The notes under the pieces are model-generated. The model was not told where the DNA came from. It was given only the letters and a program-made list of their open reading frames with translations, and made no database searches. Positions 60,610 to 64,000 of a stretch of DNA of 64,000 bases are shown here, in pieces. The position numbers and the translations under genes are program-made. This stretch comes from Deltaproteobacteria bacterium (GTDB lineage: Bacteria > Myxococcota_A > UBA796 > UBA9615). The stretch is from assembly GCA_002724675.1 (NCBI GenBank), contig PBPL01000101.1, forward strand, positions 8 through 64,007, written 5' to 3'. Numbering within the stretch: the stretch's first letter is position 1; every line of letters begins with the position of its first letter.

Positions 60610-62031
60610 TCAGCCGCCGCGAGTCAGTATGATGGTGACTTCGTAGTATCGATTGGCAGCACTCGCTTGCTCATCCACATCAGACACCACGACCTGCCAC
60701 GTACCCGAGGAGAGCTCCTGGGAGACCACAGGGGACTCAGCTGCCATGTCCCAGGGCAAGGGGTCGCCGGCCTCACCTTCGGGGTTGATCAGGTGGACTT
60801 GCGGCGCCGTAGTCTCGCCATGGAGGGTGGATGCGAACGAAACATCGAGGACATCGCCTGACTCAGCTTCCAGGGAGTAGCGATCCTGGTCACCCGCACT
60901 GCCAATCCGGCCCCAGTACGTAGCCTGAGCCACGCTCTCACCCGAGCTAAAGGACAGGCCGAGCGCCATTGCCGTCTCCGTGGTCTCGTTGGGTTCCACC
61001 TCGACCGCCGGCATGTCGGCTGGATTGTTCTTCGCCGCGTGCAGGAAGTACCAGTGATCAAAGCCCCCGGAGTCACCAGCGTCCAGGACTTCCAACATGT
61101 AGAAGCCCGTCTCTAGGACGGGTATCCAGGCCCTGGTCTCTGTCTCCCAGTTCATCCCATCGTAGGTCTGGATGAGGCTCTCACCGTCTTCCAGGTAGAC
61201 ATTGACCCGAGTAGTTCCGGCACTCCCGCTGTTGGGGAACCCGTACAGGCGGAGAACCTCCGAGCTGATCACGGGGACGGAAATCCAGTCGCGGTCTTTA
61301 GACGGGGCAAGGGTGCCACCAGCCGTGTAGTTCACCGCGTACTCGTCCACCCCCCAGACCACAGCATCTTCCAGTTGATCGTTGGGCTCGCCAACGTGCA
61401 TGGGATTGGACTCCGAGCCCAACTGAGAAAAGCTAAGCGTGTACTGGCGATCGTCCCCGGAGCCCGGGACGACAACGCTGGGGTCGTTGGCCCAGCTGCG
61501 CCGATCTTCCAGGCTGAAGTAATAGAGATCTGTAGACGGGACCGCCGAGTAAAAGCGTGAATTGGGCTCCACCGAAGGGACGCGGCTGTAGTTGTCGTTG
61601 TAGCCGATCTCGTCCCCATTCCCGTCGTAGTACACAATCACCGTATCCAGGGACTCGGAGTCCTCAGCATCCGCCGTGACTAGGAACAAGTCCCCCACTG
61701 TTCCGTAGAAACGAAACCAATCCACATCATCTGCTGGGGCGATGTGCAGCTGGACCGTATCCCCGTACTCAATTAGCTGCGCCTCATCGGGAAAATTGTT
61801 GCGATCCCCCTCGACGCACTGGCCAAGTTCATCGCAGATCTCGAGCCCGGACTCGTAGTCACAGTCCAGATCCTCGTCACAAACAGCCTCTGGCTCACCT
61901 CCTCCTGGAGGAGCTACAGGCGCGTCGTCATCCTCCTCAGCCTCATCCCCACAGCCCCAGAGGCCCAGCCCTAGAGCGAGCGTCAGCAACAACCAGCGAG
62001 TACGTTGGCGAGAGAGGGAATGAAGTGGCAT
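60610..62031 (-). CDS. Secreted lipoprotein with a Cys-rich acidic linker and repeated pre-peptidase C-terminal (PPC)-like domains
   Basis: ATG 62029-62031. Lipobox LGLGLWGC. CDEDLDCDYESGLEICDELGQC. Repeated D.DW/Y..F....GD.l....(a)...DtV..lY...G pattern (DDVDWFRFYGTVGDLFLVTA...DTVIVYYDGNGDEIGYND, DQDRYSLEAESGDVLDV). Confidence 0.6.
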   Translation of the reverse strand: MPLHSLSRQRTRWLLLTLALGLGLWGCGDEAEEDDDAPVAPPGGGEPEAVCDEDLDCDYESGLEICDELGQCVEGDRNNFPDEAQLIEYGDTVQLHIAPADDVDWFRFYGTVGDLFLVTADAEDSESLDTVIVYYDGNGDEIGYNDNYSRVPSVEPNSRFYSAVPSTDLYYFSLEDRRSWANDPSVVVPGSGDDRQYTLSFSQLGSESNPMHVGEPNDQLEDAVVWGVDEYAVNYTAGGTLAPSKDRDWISVPVISSEVLRLYGFPNSGSAGTTRVNVYLEDGESLIQTYDGMNWETETRAWIPVLETGFYMLEVLDAGDSGGFDHWYFLHAAKNNPADMPAVEVEPNETTETAMALGLSFSSGESVAQATYWGRIGSAGDQDRYSLEAESGDVLDVSFASTLHGETTAPQVHLINPEGEAGDPLPWDMAAESPVVSQELSSGTWQVVVSDVDEQASAANRYYEVTIILTRGG

Positions 62032-62092
62032 GAGACGAACTCCAGCGAGTGGGGGCCGTCCTGGCCGGCGCCCGGGCATTCTCGCCTACAGT

Positions 62093-63643
62093 CTACTCCC
62101 ACTCAATGGTCCCCGGGGGCTTGCTGGAGATGTCATAGACCACCCGATTGATGCCGCGGACCTCGTTGATAATGCGGTTCGAGCAACGCGCCAGCACCTC
62201 CCGCGGCATATCAAACCAGTCCGCTGTCATGCCATCGGTTGAGGTCACGGCACGCAAGGCACACACATTCTCGTAGGTGCGTTCGTCACCCATCACCCCC
62301 ACCGTCTGCACCGGCAAGAGGACAGCAAATGCCTGCCAAATGGAGTCGTAGAGGCCTGCTCGACGGATCTCGTCGATAAAGATGTGGTCGGCTCGCCTCA
62401 AGACGTCGCAACGATCCTCGGTGACTTCACCCAGGACCCGCACACCGAGTCCGGGACCTGGGAACGGATGGCGCCCCAGCTTTTCGGAGCCGATGGCTAA
62501 CTCAGCCCCCAGCAAACGCACCTCGTCCTTGAACAGATCGCGCAGCGGCTCGAGGAGCTCGAGCTTCATGTGCTCGGGCAAGCCACCCACATTGTGATGG
62601 CTCTTGATGGTCGCGGAAGGACCACCCTTGGGCGACACACTCTCGATGACGTCGGGATAGAGCGTACCCTGGGCCAAGAAGCGCGCGCCATCCACAGAGT
62701 CGGCTGAGTCCTCAAAGACCTCCACAAACACACGACCGATGATCTTTCGCTTCTGCTCGGGGTCCGTCACACCCTCTAGGGCGCTGAGGAATCTGTCCGA
62801 GGCATCCACATGTCGAAAATCAATACCTCGGAAGTCCTCAAAAAAACCACAGACCTCGGACGCCTCTTCCCAACGAAGCAGGCCGTTGTCGATAAAAATG
62901 CAGGTGGCCTGAGAGCCTATGGCCTGGGCAAGAAGCGCTGCGACGACGGTGGAGTCCACACCACCAGACAAACCCAGGATGACCCGAGAGTCCCCGACGA
63001 CCCGACGGATGCGATCGACCTCCGTCTCGAGGAAGGACCCCATGGTCCAGTCCGGTCGACATCCACAGACATCGACCACGAAGTTCCGGAGGATCGCCCC
63101 CCCTTGGGGAGTGTGCGCGACCTCGGGATGAAACTGCACCCCAAACATGCGGTCATCATCTGAAGCCATGGCTGCAAAAGGCGAGTTGCCGCTGTGGCCC
63201 ACCGACTGAAATCCATCGGGAAGCCGAAGAACCTTGTCACCGTGACTCATCCAAACCTGGAGCCCCGCCTCGTCAGACACCCCTCGCAGGAGACGACTGT
63301 CGCCCTGGGGAGTCAGCTCGGCATGACCGAACTCACGCTCATTGGAAGGCGCAACCTCGCCACCGAAGAGGTGAGTCAAGAGCTGCATGCCGTAGCAGAT
63401 ACCCAGCACCGGAACCCCGAGATCCACATCGGCACGCTCCAGCCGAGGTGCCCCCTCGGCATAGACAGAAGCGGGACCGCCGCTCAGAATCAGGCCCAGA
63501 AGTTCGTCCGACTCCCAGTCCTGCGCCGGTTGTGTATATGGGCGGACCTCGCAGTAGACGTTCTGCTCACGGATCCGGCGAGCGATCAGTTGGGTGTACT
63601 GGGAGCCGAAGTCGAGGATCAAGATCTTTTCGCGCTTGGCCAC
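62093..63643 (-). CDS. guaA: GMP synthase (glutamine-hydrolysing)
   Basis: GATase domain ([33 protein letters not shown]), ATP-PPase loop [10 protein letters not shown], and the C-terminal [11 protein letters not shown] 63641-63643 preceded by AGGAGA. The listed ORF extends 243 nt further upstream with no homology. Confidence 0.93.
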   Translation of the reverse strand: MAKREKILILDFGSQYTQLIARRIREQNVYCEVRPYTQPAQDWESDELLGLILSGGPASVYAEGAPRLERADVDLGVPVLGICYGMQLLTHLFGGEVAPSNEREFGHAELTPQGDSRLLRGVSDEAGLQVWMSHGDKVLRLPDGFQSVGHSGNSPFAAMASDDDRMFGVQFHPEVAHTPQGGAILRNFVVDVCGCRPDWTMGSFLETEVDRIRRVVGDSRVILGLSGGVDSTVVAALLAQAIGSQATCIFIDNGLLRWEEASEVCGFFEDFRGIDFRHVDASDRFLSALEGVTDPEQKRKIIGRVFVEVFEDSADSVDGARFLAQGTLYPDVIESVSPKGGPSATIKSHHNVGGLPEHMKLELLEPLRDLFKDEVRLLGAELAIGSEKLGRHPFPGPGLGVRVLGEVTEDRCDVLRRADHIFIDEIRRAGLYDSIWQAFAVLLPVQTVGVMGDERTYENVCALRAVTSTDGMTADWFDMPREVLARCSNRIINEVRGINRVVYDISSKPPGTIEWE

Positions 63644-64000
63644 CAGGCTGTCTCCTATCTCCGTGAAGGCCCGCAACGGGAGAGAGGCCCTCTTCCACCT
63701 CAGGGGAGTCTGAGCGGCTGTTTTCCGCCGCCTCGGCAAGTCCCAAAGCCCACCGCCCTCCCGTGAGGCCGTCAAGGGTAGCGTCGAGTTCCTGCAGCCG
63801 CAATCGGCGGTCGAGGGATGCTTCGAGATCCTCGGGACCGGCCACCAGTTCCTCCACCCGCAGCCGCCTCCGATCGAAATAGTCAATGGTCACTCGGTGG
63901 ACAATCGCCTGACGCAACTCGATGGTGGCACGACTCTCACGGACAGCCCGCAAGACTTCCCCACTAGAGGCGAGGTCCGCCAGGTCCCACTCCAACCACA
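63567..64000 (-). CDS. 3' end of a hypothetical protein (5' end lies outside the window), with a coiled-coil / outer-membrane-factor-like C-terminus
   Basis: The frame is open to the window edge (...[33 protein letters not shown]...[11 protein letters not shown]...). The listed M is a TTG, i.e. an internal Leu. The tail overlaps the guaA start by 77 nt, so the coding status of the last ~40 codons is uncertain. Confidence 0.35.
   Translation of the reverse strand, partial: WLEWDLADLASSGEVLRAVRESRATIELRQAIVHRVTIDYFDRRRLRVEELVAGPEDLEASLDRRLRLQELDATLDGLTGGRWALGLAEAAENSRSDSPEVEEGLSPVAGLHGDRRQPGGQARKDLDPRLRLPVHPTDRSPDP

Noticed and set aside
1-64000. Looked for tRNA/rRNA genes, CRISPR arrays, IS/transposase or integrase genes, toxin-antitoxin pairs and known defence-system hallmarks.
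   Set aside because: None recognised. The intergenic regions are short (mostly under 170 nt), without cloverleaf-like or regularly spaced repeat structure. No ORF shows transposase, integrase or nuclease-ATPase defence signatures.

Overview
High-GC bacterial chromosomal segment. It holds about 58 credible protein genes, most joined by 1-4 nt start/stop overlaps (ATGA, GTGA, TGATG). I found no rRNA, tRNA, CRISPR array or IS element. Several protein architectures suggest a Myxococcota or deltaproteobacterial-type genome, but that is inference only: a Ser/Thr kinase-FGE fusion, Cys/Asp-rich inserts, a MYXO-CTERM-like tail and carboxypeptidase-regulatory-like repeats.

Housekeeping content:
- A complete 14-gene nuoA-N complex I operon on the minus strand (3236-18336), followed by a GH57 glucanotransferase-like gene.
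- A UbiB/ABC1 kinase, a Ser/Thr kinase-FGE fusion, purM-purN, relA/spoT, gmk and yicC.
- Five overlapping glycosyltransferase genes (3 GT4-like, 2 GT9).
- ffh, dut, pnp, rpsO, truB, rbfA, a MoaD-MoaE fusion, trmB and guaA.
- An envelope operon: Asp-rich lipoprotein, secreted repeat protein, NDP-sugar dehydrogenase and a flippase-like membrane protein.

The stand-out is a plus-strand operon at 52074-60562. Its genes, in order:
- a radical SAM/SPASM enzyme;
- a 98-aa Cys/Trp-rich precursor whose Cys, Trp and Asp/Glu spacing matches the gamma subunit (QhpC) of quinohemoprotein amine dehydrogenase;
- a signal-peptide-bearing 7-bladed beta-propeller (QhpB-like);
- two tandem U32-family proteins;
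- an ABC exporter (QhpF-like);
- a cytoplasmic subtilisin-like protease (QhpE-like);
- a TPR/pseudo-zincin protein.

Compared with the qhp operon as I remember it, the dihaem alpha subunit (QhpA) and the flavin monooxygenase (QhpG) are missing. The U32 pair sits in their place. U32 is the family of the O2-independent hydroxylases UbiU/UbiV, RlhA and TrhP. I propose this is an undescribed haem-less variant of the cysteine tryptophylquinone (CTQ) / thioether-caged peptide system, possibly with an O2-independent route to the quinone.

All functional calls rest on motif and architecture recognition by eye. No database search was possible.
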